Below, piece by piece: positions 10,886 through 25,301 of a stretch of DNA of 64,000 bases. Every line of letters starts with the position of its first letter. The stretch's first letter is position 1. This stretch comes from Amoebidium appalachense (taxonomy: Eukaryota > Protista > Ichthyosporea), in contig CAVNZM010000001.1 of the NCBI GenBank assembly GCA_963693365.1, forward strand, positions 6,464,907-6,528,906, read 5' to 3'. Below the pieces are notes generated by a model, which worked only from the letters and a program-made list of their open reading frames with translations, did no database searches and was not told the DNA's origin. A program made the translations under genes and the position numbers.

Positions 10886-13800
10886 AGCTGGTCTTCAGTG
10901 GTCTGCCGGAGCATACTAACTGACTTTAAACCAATAGATATGTCATATTGATCGATTAGCAGTAGATTAGCGGCAGATTAGCACAGGATTACCCACAAGT
11001 GATGTCACTGCCGCCCAATCGTTCAAATACAAAAGGGAATTCTTTTGCCAGGCAGCCCGAGTGCGAGCAGATGAAATGGTTGGTTGTCGTTGCGGGAGAC
11101 CAAACGATTCACGTACCGCCCGGCTGTGGCACAACTTGGCAAAGTTACACAGTCGATACTACAAAACAAGGGCAAGATTATAACTACATTGATACATTAA
11201 TATGATATTGAGAAGCAGATTACCAAAAATGACCAACACAGCACCCATATCAATGTCGATTTTTGCATTCTCTTGCACACACAGAAAGACACACAACTAC
11301 GTATTGTACGTGTCACTACGATACGCGCAGGTTCACGGAATTTGATTCGAAGCCGGAATGTCGGGTAGCTGGATCACGGTCTTCACTCGTTTCTAATGTT
11401 AGGCGAGCACATTTTTTCTTTCTTCTGTCTGTGTGTATGCGTGTAATCTTTTCTTTTTTTCATGGGACTTGCTTGAACGGCCACGGTGGCACGATCCACG
11501 GCCCACTCCCTTATAATGACTCGCTTCGATCTAATCATAGCCAGATGATATGCAATTCGTCGAGTTCGCGCTCACACACGGTGACGGCAGTGTAGGCCCC
11601 CGGAGGCAACATGCTTTTACAGTACGTTGAACACTAGAGACTGGCCAGCGTCCAATATCAAAGTATATTGATCTATAAAATCTGCGATCATAAATGCTTA
11701 CAATTTGGCCTGAAATGCACTGGACATTTTGTTTCACAAGCTGGACCTTGTAACGGTTTACTGAGATGTCACTTTAGTAATGTGGGCCTGCAGCTGGCGA
11801 TAATGCCATCCCGCCGCATAGGCAGTGCATGCTCCTAGGAATGCGGTCCGCTCAGGTTGAATATTCAGCCCTATGCTACCACACTACAATAAATTATCCC
11901 CTTACACCTTATAAGCTCCGGATTCGAATAGATTTTGTGGTATATTAAAGAAGTACACTGGAATCCCGAAAGGCAATATGTACAGATTCGGATTGGCAGC
12001 TACAGGCTTATCGGAATCTCTGCCACATGCATACATATCCTAAATATACGGGGCTCACCTCTCTCCTCAGAGAAATATCATTTACAAACAAACATTGTAT
12101 GCTACCAAATTGTTAGAACCATGAAAAAAACTGGAAAGGTGAAGAGAAAAGTGCGCGAAGAATCAGACGATTCGTCCGGTCAGATGCAAAATATCGATCT
12201 TGCAATAGAATCCACCAATAGGAACATGTCTACGCACAATAGCATTCCTTCTTATGGTCATCTCTCCACACTACAAAAAAAAAAATATGTTACTTCTGCA
12301 TTTGATATACGGTAATATTAGTCCATAAAGTATAATCTTAATATGAATAAGAGCATAAGAAGTGCTAGAGTATATATGTAGTAAATACTGGTGGAAGCTT
12401 TTCTTGATTTAGCACGTAGGGGGGTCTTGCACGAAAGCATTTATCACAGCACCGCTTATCATAATGCATGCTTGAATTTGTGTCACACATATAAATAAAC
12501 ACGGTGCTTTTGGCAGAATGTCTAGACTCTACGTGCATGGTAAAAAGTTTACGCCAACGCTAGCGCTATAAAAAGTTGTGGCTGGTAGCAGTATGCTGTT
12601 TCATTTTGAATATCTATGTAGTAATATCATGATGTATCTGTGTATATTTTTAAACAAAAATTGTCTGGAGTAATATGTGCATCCAGGGAGATTTCGAACT
12701 CGTCAATCATCGATCATGTAAATCATGATCATGGCCACGTGTTCACTGAGATGAATACGGTGACATCAACTTTTGATCAAGACGCCAGTCCGACACCTCG
12801 CATGGGTCGACTGGAGAAGTCGGGATCCACCTCACACGTACTGAGTACTGACGGTGTGCACGCGCTGCGATGAACTTTACGTTCGCTTCCGATTTTTCCT
12901 TACACTCTCGCGACCGCGTGCATGCTTTCTGTCGCGGCGCCTCGACGGTTCGATAGAGTCCAGTGTTCGCTGAATGTGTAAGGAAAAACAAGGAGCCATC
13001 TCAGTAGGTGGCAGGGGATCCACGAGGTCTGAGAAAGTCGTAGAAAGTCGTAGAATTCGAAAAACATGTTTTACAATCTTATGTTTCTCTCTGCAGACTC
13101 TGCATACGTATACACTGCTCACAACAGCAAGTCACAATGTAATCATACGCCTATTCCTATTTGCAGAGGCCTGGCATTGAATTTGTTTTTCCCTGGCCCA
13201 CGTGTAACGGCATGCATGCACGTGCACTCGTCCCCAACGACGGCAGAGCGTTGCAAGCCTTCGGAAATAACTCGGAGAGCCTACTAACACGTACTGACTT
13301 GTTGCCGCACGTGCGACGTTATACATCTACTTGTGGCGGCAAAAAAAAAAAAAAAGAAAAAAAAGAAAAGCCTCAGTAGGTGGTAGTCGGAGAGCCGGAT
13401 TTTTCTTTACAATTTTTTATTTTCTTTTCTTTTTTTTTCTTTTTTTCTTTTTTTTTTTCTTTTTTCTTTCTTTCTTTCTTTTTCTTTTTCCTTTTTTTTT
13501 TTGGGGGGGGGGGGGGGAGGGGGGGGCCGGGAGAGGGGGAGGGGGGTCCCCAAGTGGGGGGATTCAACGGGGGGTTGGGAGGGGGGGGGGAGGGGTTGCC
13601 GCGGCAGACAATCAATGATATTGAAGCCCCCACGACTCTCACGGTCCACGTTCAGCCTGAACCACATAGTATTTAACGAAAATGCCAGTGGGGCAAAACC
13701 CTGTGATAGCAGGTGTGCTCTCGTAGAGGGCCCAATTCAACCACATCAGCCTGAGATTCAACTTGCTGCAATGAGTTGCAGCGCTACTAAAGTTTTCAAA

Positions 13801-14104
13801 GTTCTGTTTAGTAGACTTGAATTGTTCAGCAGAGGCTCTGAATTATTCTGCTTTTGGAAAGGCGGAATTATTAATTTTATATGCTCTGGGCAAGAGGCAT
13901 CAAAACTAAACGTGCTGCATGGTAGTTTAACTAATGAGAGTCTGGGTTTAAAATTTACTAGTGGGTTTTAATTGGGCAGAATGCCTGGTGCTCCGCACTA
14001 GCGAAAATGAGGCAAAAACTCTAGGCTAAGTGTACTGAGTAGGCGGATTCATAACGGTGTGTTGGTTTAGCTGAATGCACCTTATTAGCACCCTAGCTAG
14101 GGTA

Positions 14105-15363
14105 CAGTCGGAACTTAGGGATTCTTGATTTTGGGATGGGGAGGGGGGTAATAGTAAGTTGGCGCGGGGGGGGGGGGGGAGGGGGAGGGGGGGGGGAGGG
14201 AGGGACCACCCAGCCCTTTGGACAGGTGGTTCCTCTCCCGCGGAGGGGAGGAGGGGGAAACACCCATCCCTCCGGCTAGCCGGGGAGAAGGGGGGGGGGG
14301 GGGGGGAGGGGGATGGGAGGGGACCCACCCACCCCATAGGCTGCCATATTCAGGGGTGTCCTGGATACCTGATATATCTCGTGATATTCAGGTCCAGCTT
14401 GGGATGTATCCCGTGATATTCATGGAGGGGGCGCAAAAAGATATATCTTTTGGTATCCACCGAAGCGTGATATATCCTGGGCCAAGGAGCAAGATATATC
14501 CGGCCCTTTTTGTTTATGTTATCTATAAGAAATGGCCATGTGGGGGACCTTACGGGCGAGATTTGATCTTGGTGAACGTCAAACGACCAATGCAAACAAA
14601 CAGATCATTTCCAAAATCATTGTCTTAGCCATAAATGGGTTATTTTATCGGGCATGAGCCAATTATGCACCACTTGCACCTCCCCAGGGAGCAAACATTT
14701 CTCAAACAAAATAAAGCAATGAGTTATAGTATTGATTTTAAATTTATACATGATGAAGCTGAGGCAAAGCTTATGGTTGTACAATAAGGTGCATGAACAA
14801 GTACATATGCCGCATATTATTATCGGCGTGTTCATGTCGGGTGCTCATCGCTGGTCAAAGTGTTTGTGCCCACTCCGTGTGTGGTACTTGCGTGTGCAGG
14901 TACGTGTGAATTGAATACGTGAAAGTGTGTGCTGTGTGTGTGCGCGGTGGGGCGACTGGAGACGAGTGCGAGAGGGGGGGGGGGGGGGGGGGGGAACTGG
15001 GGACCGGAGCGGGGGGAGGGGGGAGGGGGGGGGGGGGGGGGGGGAGGGTAGTATGATCTTACGACATAGCCTAGTTTCGGGGGGTTAGTATGATCTTTAC
15101 GACATAGACTGAGTTTCAGGTGATCAATAGTGACTTCTATTACTTAGCCTCAACGTTAGTACGGTTTAAAATACTATTCAGATCAGTTATCTGGTATAGT
15201 CATATAATGCAATGCAGTTTATGGGGTGGGTGGGTGGTGGGTCCCCCCCCCCCCCCCCCCCCCTGCTAGCCGGAGGGGTGGTTGGGTCCCCCCCCCCCCC
15301 CAACTTAGCTACTACCCCCCTCCCCGTTTCAAAATCAAGAATCCCTTAAAGCTTGGTATACTG
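14105..15363. mobile_element. Non-autonomous element with long imperfect inverted repeats (foldback or Tc1/pogo-like ends)
   Basis: Left arm cagt...agggattcttgattttg...taagttgg...cctccggctagc...gggacccacccaccccata (14105-14338) is mirrored by 15221-15363. Ends are TA|CAGT and ACTG|TT. No transposase ORF. Confidence 0.6.
15049..15120. repeat. Direct repeat, 2 x ~38 bp
   Basis: tagtatgatctt(t)acgacatag..t..gtttc occurs twice. Confidence 0.85.
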
Positions 15364-15683
15364 TTTTTTTTTTTAGAGAGAAAGAAAGAAAGAGGCAAAA
15401 TGATTCGGAAATATTATAATGGTATGCTTGTTTTTATAGAGAAAGAAAGAAAGAAAGAAAATGGGATTCGGAAACAAAAAAAAAAAGAATATAACTCCCT
15501 CACACGCACACAATATCATGTGCACAAACTCAGTTTACTTTTGAATCAAATATTCAATACGGTATACCATCATGGCATCGACGTCGGATACTTTACACAG
15601 ACAACCCCACCGTGACGGTGCACGGTACATTTTGCTGAAATTCCATGCATCCCATGAGCATAAGTTATTTGTGTGTGCATGTG

Positions 15684-15741
<58 letters not shown>

Positions 15742-15842
15742 GGGGGGGGGTACACGTGTGTGTGTGTGGCGGCGGTCGTGGTGGTGGTGGTGGTGGTGGC
15801 GGCGGTCGTGGTGGTGGTGGTGGTGGTGGTGGTGGTGGTGGT

Positions 15843-15884
<42 letters not shown>

Positions 15885-16187
15885 ATACCGTTTGTAGAAC
15901 GGCATACGTGTTTTTATTTTACTTTAATTTTTAACTTTTTTTTTTTTTTTTGGGGGGGGGGGGGGGGGGGAGGGGGGGAGGGCATCTGAAATCCACTGAC
16001 CAGTTCCCACACACGTTACACCTCAACCGCCAACCAGCAGCAGTGAATGTCACTCTTTGATTTTTAAACCACCCCACCCATTGGTGGGTTGCTACAGTGT
16101 CCAATCGAAATTCCGTTCAAAACTTGCTGGCAGCCAGTACCAATCAGTCTCCCACCGGAGGCAACACTTCCACTGTTGCTTGACGAA

Positions 16188-17560
16188 TCACGACACGGCA
16201 TGTGCTGCAGAAAAAACAAGAGGGTGTAAGTCTGTGAACACAGCCACAATCTCGTGCGCGCTGGGGGGGGGGGGGGGGGGGGGGGGGGGGGAGGTGGGGG
16301 AATGTGGGAGAAGGGGGGGATGGAGGAGGAAGGGAGGGATGTGGAAAGAACGGGGAGGATGTGGAAAGAACGGGGAGGGGGGGGGGGGGGGGGGGGGAGG
16401 GGGAGGGGGGAAGGTGGGAGAAGGGGGGGATGGAGGAGGAAGGGGGGGATGTGGAAAGAACGGGGAGGATGTGGAAAGAACGGGGAGGGGGGGGGAGGGG
16501 GGAGGGGGATATAAAGAATAGGATTTTGGAATGTGCACATGGGCATGCTTGGCAAAATGTGTGTCTCGGAGCAACATTGGAGCATTGGAGCAAGGGTATA
16601 GATCATGCAGAAAACCATACGGATGCAGTGAAAACAATCGAGGGGAAACTGGGGCCCCGTGTGTGGTGATGTGTTTGTCTAACCGTCGAACCGTGTGTGT
16701 ATGTGTGCATGTATGTGCCCTGAGAGTAGGTGTTTGGCAGCAGGAAAAGGTGGGCATGTGTGTTCGTGTAGGTGTGCATGTGCATGAGTGTGTGTGGGCG
16801 TGGCTCATTGTGTGAGCGCATGCACGCTCAGTGCAGGTGCTAAGCCGTAGTTGGTTAGCGGGAGGAAGGACGGCACAGTCGGGAGAAGTGATGGGGGGGG
16901 GGGGGGGGGGGGGGAAGGGGGGGCTCATGCATGGGTGAGAGTGCGAGTGTGTGTGTGTGTGGGGATAAGGTGGGGAAGGAATTAGTAGTACATCGTTTTG
17001 GGCAGGACAGGGGCTCATCATCAGCAATAGTGACTTCATGCAGCCGGTCACGGAAACAATACTGCACACGAAGACTCTTGTCCTCCCCGATGGCACAGTC
17101 ATAGAACCCCGGTAGACCGCTCTGAAAAAAAACCCCTAAGATAAGAAAGTGCGGCACACTTCCAATCTATGCATACACTCATCACCCCCGCAAAGCAGGT
17201 TTTATGAACATCAACAGAATATCATACAGGTGCCTCCACAATATCTGTGAAAACAAACCCTCATCAGGTAGAACAGTGAAAAAGTGAGAACTAACCATGT
17301 CGCTGACTCAGCATAAACTCCAAAACCCTCTCGAAGCAAAAGCATGCAGTGAATTGAGAGAAGCTGTTATCTTATTGCTGCAAGCGCCAAATGTCATTTT
17401 GACATCACCTAAGCATCGAGAGGCATATAGTTCACAATAGATTACCGAGCATTATCATAGGGCTGCCTACCCGAACAGCACCACAACTCCTTTCACCCAA
17501 ACACCACATCATACCCAACACCAGATAGTTCTCCACATGTTCTCTTTCACAAATCAAGCT

Positions 17561-17595
<35 letters not shown>

Positions 17596-17886
17596 ACCCC
17601 CCCCCACCCACCCCGCCACCAACCAAAAAAAAGAAAGGCAACACACGAATTCAAGAAACTTTCACCAAACCACCAGGAGAAACGACGTCAAACCCTCGCC
17701 TCTCTCTCCCCCCCCCCAACCTCCCGCTCTCCCACGCCAACAAAAGGGTGCGCATGCTTGCACATACACACCTAACCAACCCTCCCCCCACCCCCTTATC
17801 CACTGACCCACCGTCACACACATATGCCCCCCCCCCCCCCCCCCTAACCCATACTCTCCCATCTCCATCTCCATCTCCGTCCCTCC

Positions 17887-17918
<32 letters not shown>

Positions 17919-18555
17919 ACCACCACCACCACACACATACACCCATACTCCCCCCCCTACTCCCCCCCCCCCCCCTCCACCTTTGAGTGCTCTTGCAGGT
18001 GCAGCTGTGAGTCCTTGACCAGGGCTTGCAGTGGGATGGTGACGTCAATCACACGGGGACCAAGGCCCTCGTCTTCACCGGCACACGGTGTGCCTGCTGA
18101 CAGGTTGCCGTACCAGGCACGTACGATCACAAGGCCTGGTGTGTGTGTGTGTGTGTGTGCGTGTGTCGTGGGGAGACATGAGAGACACAGGGAAGGAGGC
18201 ATCGAGACAAGACAGAGAGACAGAGAAGGAGAGACACGAGAGAGGGGCGGGGCCGGGGGGGGGGGGGGGGGGGGATGACACTAGGGAACGACAGAAAGAG
18301 ATGACAGACAATGAATCATGTCCACATGCATGTATGTGTTGTTGGATGGTTAGAGCCTGTCAGCTACCACACTTTCATATCTGCGAGGTACACTAACTCC
18401 CCCCCTTCCCCCCCCCCCCCCCCCCCCCCCCCCCTCCCCCCTCCCCCTCCCCTCCCGGGGAATCATGGATGGCCATACCGGGACAATTTGCTTTTGACAA
18501 CCGAGCTTGTCCTCCCCAATTTGCCTGCCTTCCGTCCTGCCACTCAAATCCTCCA

Positions 18556-18603
<48 letters not shown>

Positions 18604-19726
18604 CCCCTCCTCCCTCCCTCCCTCCCGTATCTGTGCTCCTGTTCCTGGTTATTCCCTCGTGCCTCAAAAAAACCCGCACAATCTTTTGCTAAACCCCCCT
18701 TATACTTCTCTTCCATAGGGCCAAATAGTCACAACCGTGGGACCGGGTCCGGCTACATTCCGATCCCCTTCCATTTTCGTCAATCCGATTAAGCCTTTTT
18801 TTGAGAGGGCAACAGAAAGTGGTTTCAGCGCAAAATCATGGCGTGCCCAAGCGGCACCTTTATTTTGCTGTATAATGTGTGTTTCTTGCAGAAATCAGCC
18901 AAATATAAACAATATATTATTTAAAAAGGTTTTTGTTAAAGGTAACATGATAAATATTTGTTTATTGAATGTTTTTTGTCTTCCCTTTGACTGCGATGGC
19001 GTCGCCGCTAGAAGGTAAATGTGTTTGTCATACTCTGGCTCAAACGAATCAGGTGGAGCCGGCTCAGCGATGTTGATCTATTGATTGGGCGCAAGCGGGA
19101 ATCACATTATCCAAAGTTATATTAGTCGATTGGATCCGCAATTCCCCTTTAAAAGGCCGTTTGATTGGATCCGCAATTCCAGCTTAATAATTTACTATTT
19201 TTTTGGTTGTGACTAGTTGGCCTTTTTTTTTTAACCCTTTCATTAACCTTCTCTCTAACCCCATTCCAAACCCACATTTGACCTCCATCTACCGTTTAGA
19301 GCCCCCCCCCCCCCCCCCCCCCCTCCCTCCCTTCGTCCCCCCCCCCCCCCCCCTCCCCCCCCTTCCCCCTCCACCCCCTCCTTCACCCCCCCCCCCCTCC
19401 CTCCCTCCTCGCCCCCTTCCCCCCCCCCCTTACCCTTCTTGTCCTCTTCCGCCTGTACCCTCTTCTCCACACTGTCCCTCATGAGTCTCTGTGCAGCCTC
19501 AGCCTCCCTCCTCCTCTCTGCAAGCATCACCGCATTCTCCTCACGCAGCCGCTCCAACTTTCTGTGCGCCCATGAAACATGTCAGTTGCCAGCCACAGAA
19601 AAAAAAAGACTAGTGGTTTGTGCAGGTATCTGTGTAAGTGTAAGTGTCTGTGTGTGTCTTGTCTGTGTCGGGTGTGAGGCCGAAGTAACAACACAGGCAG
19701 GTAAGAACAAAAGGACCGCCCGACCG

Positions 19727-19757
<31 letters not shown>

Positions 19758-20403
19758 AACTCTTCCCCCCTTCCTTCCTTCCTGGGAGAAAGGGGGAGGG
19801 ATGTAGGGGTGTACAGTGCGACATAGACTTTTCACAACCACAATGGACAGGAAGGAAAGGTGGAAGCATAGGTGGGACGGTGCCTCGAGGAGAAACGAAA
19901 AAAAAAACAAGTTATTATTGCTCGATTTTGCAATAGTGGCAGGGCAATCTCATCAGACAACTATGGTGAAACCTCCTTAAATTTCGTCACTATCTTACAA
20001 CCAAGTCTCTCTACTGTAGAAAAAGTGCAAACATCGACTTATAGGTCGTTTGAGAAAGGAACACAGATAGGGTACATAGGGTGCTGTTTTTTTGTGTGAT
20101 CTTTGCACGTGTGCTTGAGTGAGTGCAAAGCGTGTACGTGCATCTCCCTACACACGTGTGTATGCATGTCTTCTTGTCAACCCGTTCGTGTGTGGGGAGG
20201 GCTCTCTCCTCTCCCTCCCTCTCCCTCTCTTTATCTCTCTCTGTGTGTGCTTTAAACATAGGGGTGCCTAGCAATAGTACACATATGCGTGCACTGGTGT
20301 CAGTGTGTGTGTTCACATGTCCAGTCATCTTATGAATGCTTTCATGTTTTCTTTCTTTTTTTCTTTTTTTTTCTTTTTTTTTGTGTGTGTGTGTGTGTGG
20401 GGT

Positions 20404-20438
<35 letters not shown>

Positions 20439-21092
20439 GAACCTCTTTTGCTCCATTTTCCTGTACGGTTCAATGATGAGATTTGTGACGGCCCAGAATA
20501 TTCCAATGGGCACAAAGGATCCCCACAGCACGGGTGATGACGTGGCCGTCTCGGCTATTTGGATCGGGAACAGGAACGTCTGATTGGCTCGTGAAAATCT
20601 GGATTGGAGATGGAGTTTGTGTTAGCAAAACTGCAAAGCCCCATCGATACACATGCTTATTGTCGAAGAAAAAAGAAACATACCCCCCCCCCCCCCCCCC
20701 CCCCCGCGGGGCGCCGTTTCGTTGCAATCTGCACCCTCAAGGCGCTCACACTTCCCTTAGAAAATGATCTATAGCCCTCTTGTAACCCGCTTCCTTTTTT
20801 TGGAAAATCTTCTAATCCATATGCACTTACTAGTATAAAATTCGATATTACGATAACACCCATTATTCAAACACCACTACTTTGACTAAGAGAGTGTACG
20901 ATTTAGAGGGTGTACATGGAGCCCCCGAGGAAAGCCCCTGCGCGGGGGGGGGGGGGGGGGGGGGGGGGGGGGATGTACTTGACTTTCACGACAACCCCAC
21001 TTGGGATGCCAATAGCCACCCACATCCCGAACTTGTTGTAGCGGCTAATCTTGCGATCTGCACCGTACTCTACAGTCATACCACTGGTGCCA

Positions 21093-21151
<59 letters not shown>

Positions 21152-22050
21152 CGCGCGTGCGCGTGCGTGTGCATGTGTATGTTCAGACGGTTAATCAGAT
21201 AAAAATCGAAGCGACTGTATGTACAAACCGGCGTTTTATAGAGCTGCAGAAATGGTGCCAGAGATGCAGGGAAAACAAGAAACAGTGAGTTAGGGGTGGG
21301 AGAGGAAAAAAGGACGCAAGGGATTGGGAGAGGCAAAATCGGTTGAGACAGTGAAAGAAGATAAGTAGAAACGAGGATAGAGCCAGAAGGGGGGAGAAGT
21401 ATATGTAAGAGAAATAAAAACGAGTTTTCTTGCATTTTCTTTCCTTTTCTCCTCTTCTCTTCTCCCCTTTCTCCCCCCCCCCCCCCCCCCACCCCCACCC
21501 ACCCACCCACCCATTTTTGAGAGAGGGGGGGGGGGGGGGGGGAGGGGGGGGGGGGGGGGGGGGGGGGGAGGTACCTGAGCCACACCCTTCAGCTTGAGGT
21601 CATCGTTGACCTTGTAGGCGCACGTGCATGCAATCAGCGCAGGCTGCCCGATCTGCAAACACCTGTCAGTGCACGTGCAAACAGCATCACAGTATCTTTT
21701 TCGGATATGAAAAATAGGAAACAATCAGAGGTGTGAGGGCGTCGCAAACACCCATCCAACAGACCTCTTGATGGGGAAAGAACTGGACCTTATCCAATCA
21801 CCAGTAAAACAACTTCGGCGATTTGTCCTACCGTCCACATTCGGTCGGCCTCACATTGCACCAAGCCCAGTGCTATCATGACCCTCCCCCCCCCCCCCCC
21901 CCCCCTCCCCCCCCCCCCAACTCACCCACCCACCCACCCACCCACCCACCCACCCACCCACCGGGTGGAACCCACACCACTCAACCCCCTCCCTCACCCC
22001 TCCACTCCCCGAGCTCCGTACACTTCAAACCACATCATGAACCCGGCCCC

Positions 22051-22081
<31 letters not shown>

Positions 22082-22092
22082 AAAAAAAAAAT

Positions 22093-22131
<39 letters not shown>

Positions 22132-23996
22132 GGCAAACACAACCGTCGACACCACCACAACCATCACCACCACCACCACCATCATACTACACCATTAGTC
22201 TACACCACGTACACCCACCTGCAGTGCCAGAGCCAGACTACTGCTCTCCGTGCTCCTCACGACACTAGTGTTCATGTTATTCTCCAGGCCCCACTTCCAC
22301 GTCAGATACCCCATGGTGCGCGGTTCTAGCCGGCGCCCAATCACAGCCGTCGTACCGAACCGTGGGTGCATCCCGAACCGACCTTGTGCCGTACCCGCCA
22401 ATGTGGCAAATCTGACCCGATTCGAAATAGTGTTAGTCGGGTTGATATTGGTTTTTTGGTGCTATGTTTGTGTTTGGTTTAGCAGGTTTGAACGAGTTTC
22501 CATTTTGGTCGTTATGTTTGTTGGGGTATGCAGAAAAAGGGTTTATTGTGGTCTAAAACTTTTCTTTCCACGCCACATACAAATGTTAGAATCTGCTAGA
22601 ACCATTCTGCAGCCAAAGGGACAAACCGATAATACGTCGAGAAGACGAAAAGTCGAAGGTGACACACAGGGTGAGGAAATAACAAAAGCACCACACGTGC
22701 ATGTTACAGCACACCATAGGACACGATGGCACATATGGGTGAACACAGGCACGAGCATAGAAGGGGGCATGTTGAAGGTATTGTCAACAGGGGTCGGGGT
22801 TTCCTTCTCCTTCCACATTGTCACGCTCTTTATATGTGAGGAAAGACCCTCTCTCTCTCCCCCCCCCCCCCCCCACCCCCCCACACACACACACACATAC
22901 ACACCACCACCACACACACACCCCTTCACTTCAAAAAATACCAGGAAGAAACGGCACTGGGGAGGAGCAGAGGCAGGGGGGGGGGGGGGGGGGGGGGGGG
23001 GGCTTATAAAGGAGTGAAAGGGAGAGAAAAAGAGCAATAAGGACAGAGGTGGAGGAAAGGTGGGTGGGCAATTGGATCGGAAAAGCTTGGGAGGGACGGG
23101 AGGGAGGGGGAAAGAGTGTGGGAGGGACGGGAAGGGAGAAAGAGGGGCAGAGACCGAGAGAAAAAGAGTAAGGGAAAGGGGCGGAGAGGGAGCAGGGGGG
23201 GGGGGGGGGGGGGGGGGGGGAATCGGAGAAAGGGAAGAAGGGAGGGAGGAAGGGTAGGAGGAGGGAGGGAGGACGACGGAGGGAGTGAGGAAAAGGGAGG
23301 TCAGAGCAGGCGCGAGCGAGCGAGAGTGTGTAAGGTATGATGGCAGTGAAAAGGGGTAAGGGTTATGCTCACGTGTGTGGGTCGAGGGAGCGGAAGCCCT
23401 TGACTGTGCCGTAATAGACCTGCCCATCCCCGGCACCAACATCCGCCTGTGTGTGTGTGTTCTGTGTGTGAGCCATTTGGTGCTCCCGCACTGAATCTTC
23501 ATGCATGCACGTATACACACGCACACATGCACACATCCGGAAACACGGGCACATAAAACATCGCATCAAGCCGTACACGAAACACAAAACTCCCTTTATT
23601 CCTCTTTTGCTGATGACATGCATCGACCCCTACCTATAACCTTACGTCGTGTGCAAAAAGAGAAAGGGTTGAAACACACCCATCACACAACAAAAACAAG
23701 AAAACAGACTAGCAATAAGGTTGCACAGTCTGTCGAACTCCGAGTATATTCTCCCCTTCCCTGAGGGAATGGCGGACATCGATGGATAACTGATCAAGCT
23801 TTGTTCCTAACAACGAAATAGCACCTGCCTTGGAAAGCGAAAACTGAATTTACAAAATTATTATGGACTTACAGGAAGAGCATTCCGACAAACGGGGACA
23901 GAAAGGATGCTGAGGGGAGGGGGAGGGAAGGGGGTCGTATACATTGCGGTGAACAGATCTACACAAGAAGACCACGAGGCAGCTTATAGAATGACA

Positions 23997-24061
<65 letters not shown>

Positions 24062-24082
24062 TGTGCGTGCACGCACGTCTGT

Positions 24083-24113
<31 letters not shown>

Positions 24114-24184
24114 GGAGAGGGGGTGCACGCGTGTCCGTGTGTGTGTGCACACGCGTCTGTGTTTGTGTGTGTGTCTGTGTGTGT

Positions 24185-24225
<41 letters not shown>

Positions 24226-24801
24226 TGTGTGCGCGCGCACGCGCGTGTCAGTGTGCATGTGTGGTGTGTGCATGTGTATGCGTGTGTTTTAGGGTGTGTG
24301 TGTGTGGGGGGGGGGGGGGGGGGGGGAGGGCACACCTCGACCCAGGTTCTGCTGTCGATGTCTCTTCGTGCAGCCACCGAGAGATTGCCCCCCCCATTGC
24401 CGTTGGACGTGGCAAGAGCACCGTGGAAGGTAAGCGTGTTGTTGGATCCAATCGGTGCCTGCAATCGCATAAATGAGAGATTAGATCGGATTTGTTTCCT
24501 ATTTTGGTTAAGTAGATAACGTAAACTGCTACGTTGTGGTCTATGAGTGCGTGCGCATACATGACACGCAGCGTTTATGCGTGGGCGAGCCCAGGACTGA
24601 ATAACTAAACTGGGCCTAATGTGCCCCTTGCCAATCTGTGTGTGTGTCAGTTCATGTGTGTGCTACATACACACTATTTGGTGAAAAACAGCATTTGATA
24701 TAGGGGATGGGTGGGTTGGGAGGGGGGGGGGGCGGCAGGCAAGGGAGATCAGAAGAAAAACAAAGGAAAAGAGAGAGTGAGCGGGTGGGTAGGTGGTGGT
24801 A

Positions 24802-24832
<31 letters not shown>

Positions 24833-25264
24833 AGAGAGGGGGAGGGGTGGGCGGAAGGAGAGACAAGGAGGGAGGAAGGGATTGAGGGAGGGAGGGATGG
24901 AGGAACGGGCAGGGAGGGGGGAGGGGGGGGAGGGAACGAGGGAGGGAGAGAGGGAGGGAGGGAAGGAGGGGAAGGGGTGGGCGGAAGGAGAGACAAGGAG
25001 GGAGGGAGGGAGTGAGGGAGGGAGGAAGGGGGAGGGATAGAGTGTGAGAGGGAGGAAAGGAGAGACAAGGAGCGGCAGTGAACGGTAATGCAGAAAGGAG
25101 GGAGAGGCAGCAAGACAGGGGAGGGATGCATGCTCTGTACCATGACGGACTGCTGCATGTTCATGCCGGACACCTCCAGGTTCTTAAGGGGGTTGGGGTC
25201 CCGCCTGTTCTCCGGCTCAAACAGTGCCGTCCCGTTGATGTTGACATTCACTACCGCCTAGAGA

Positions 25265-25301
<37 letters not shown>

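Noticed and set aside
11000-13330. Repeat-free 2.3-kb stretch with several short ORFs
   Set aside because: No recognisable domain and frequent stops in the frames examined. It could be a degraded gene or element, which would need a BLASTX to decide.
16064-16260. Alternative DNAJC11 last exon from the CAG at 16261
   Set aside because: It gives a non-homologous tail. The acceptor at 16205 has a pyrimidine tract and branch-like motif and yields the family-like ending PKRSHAVS*.
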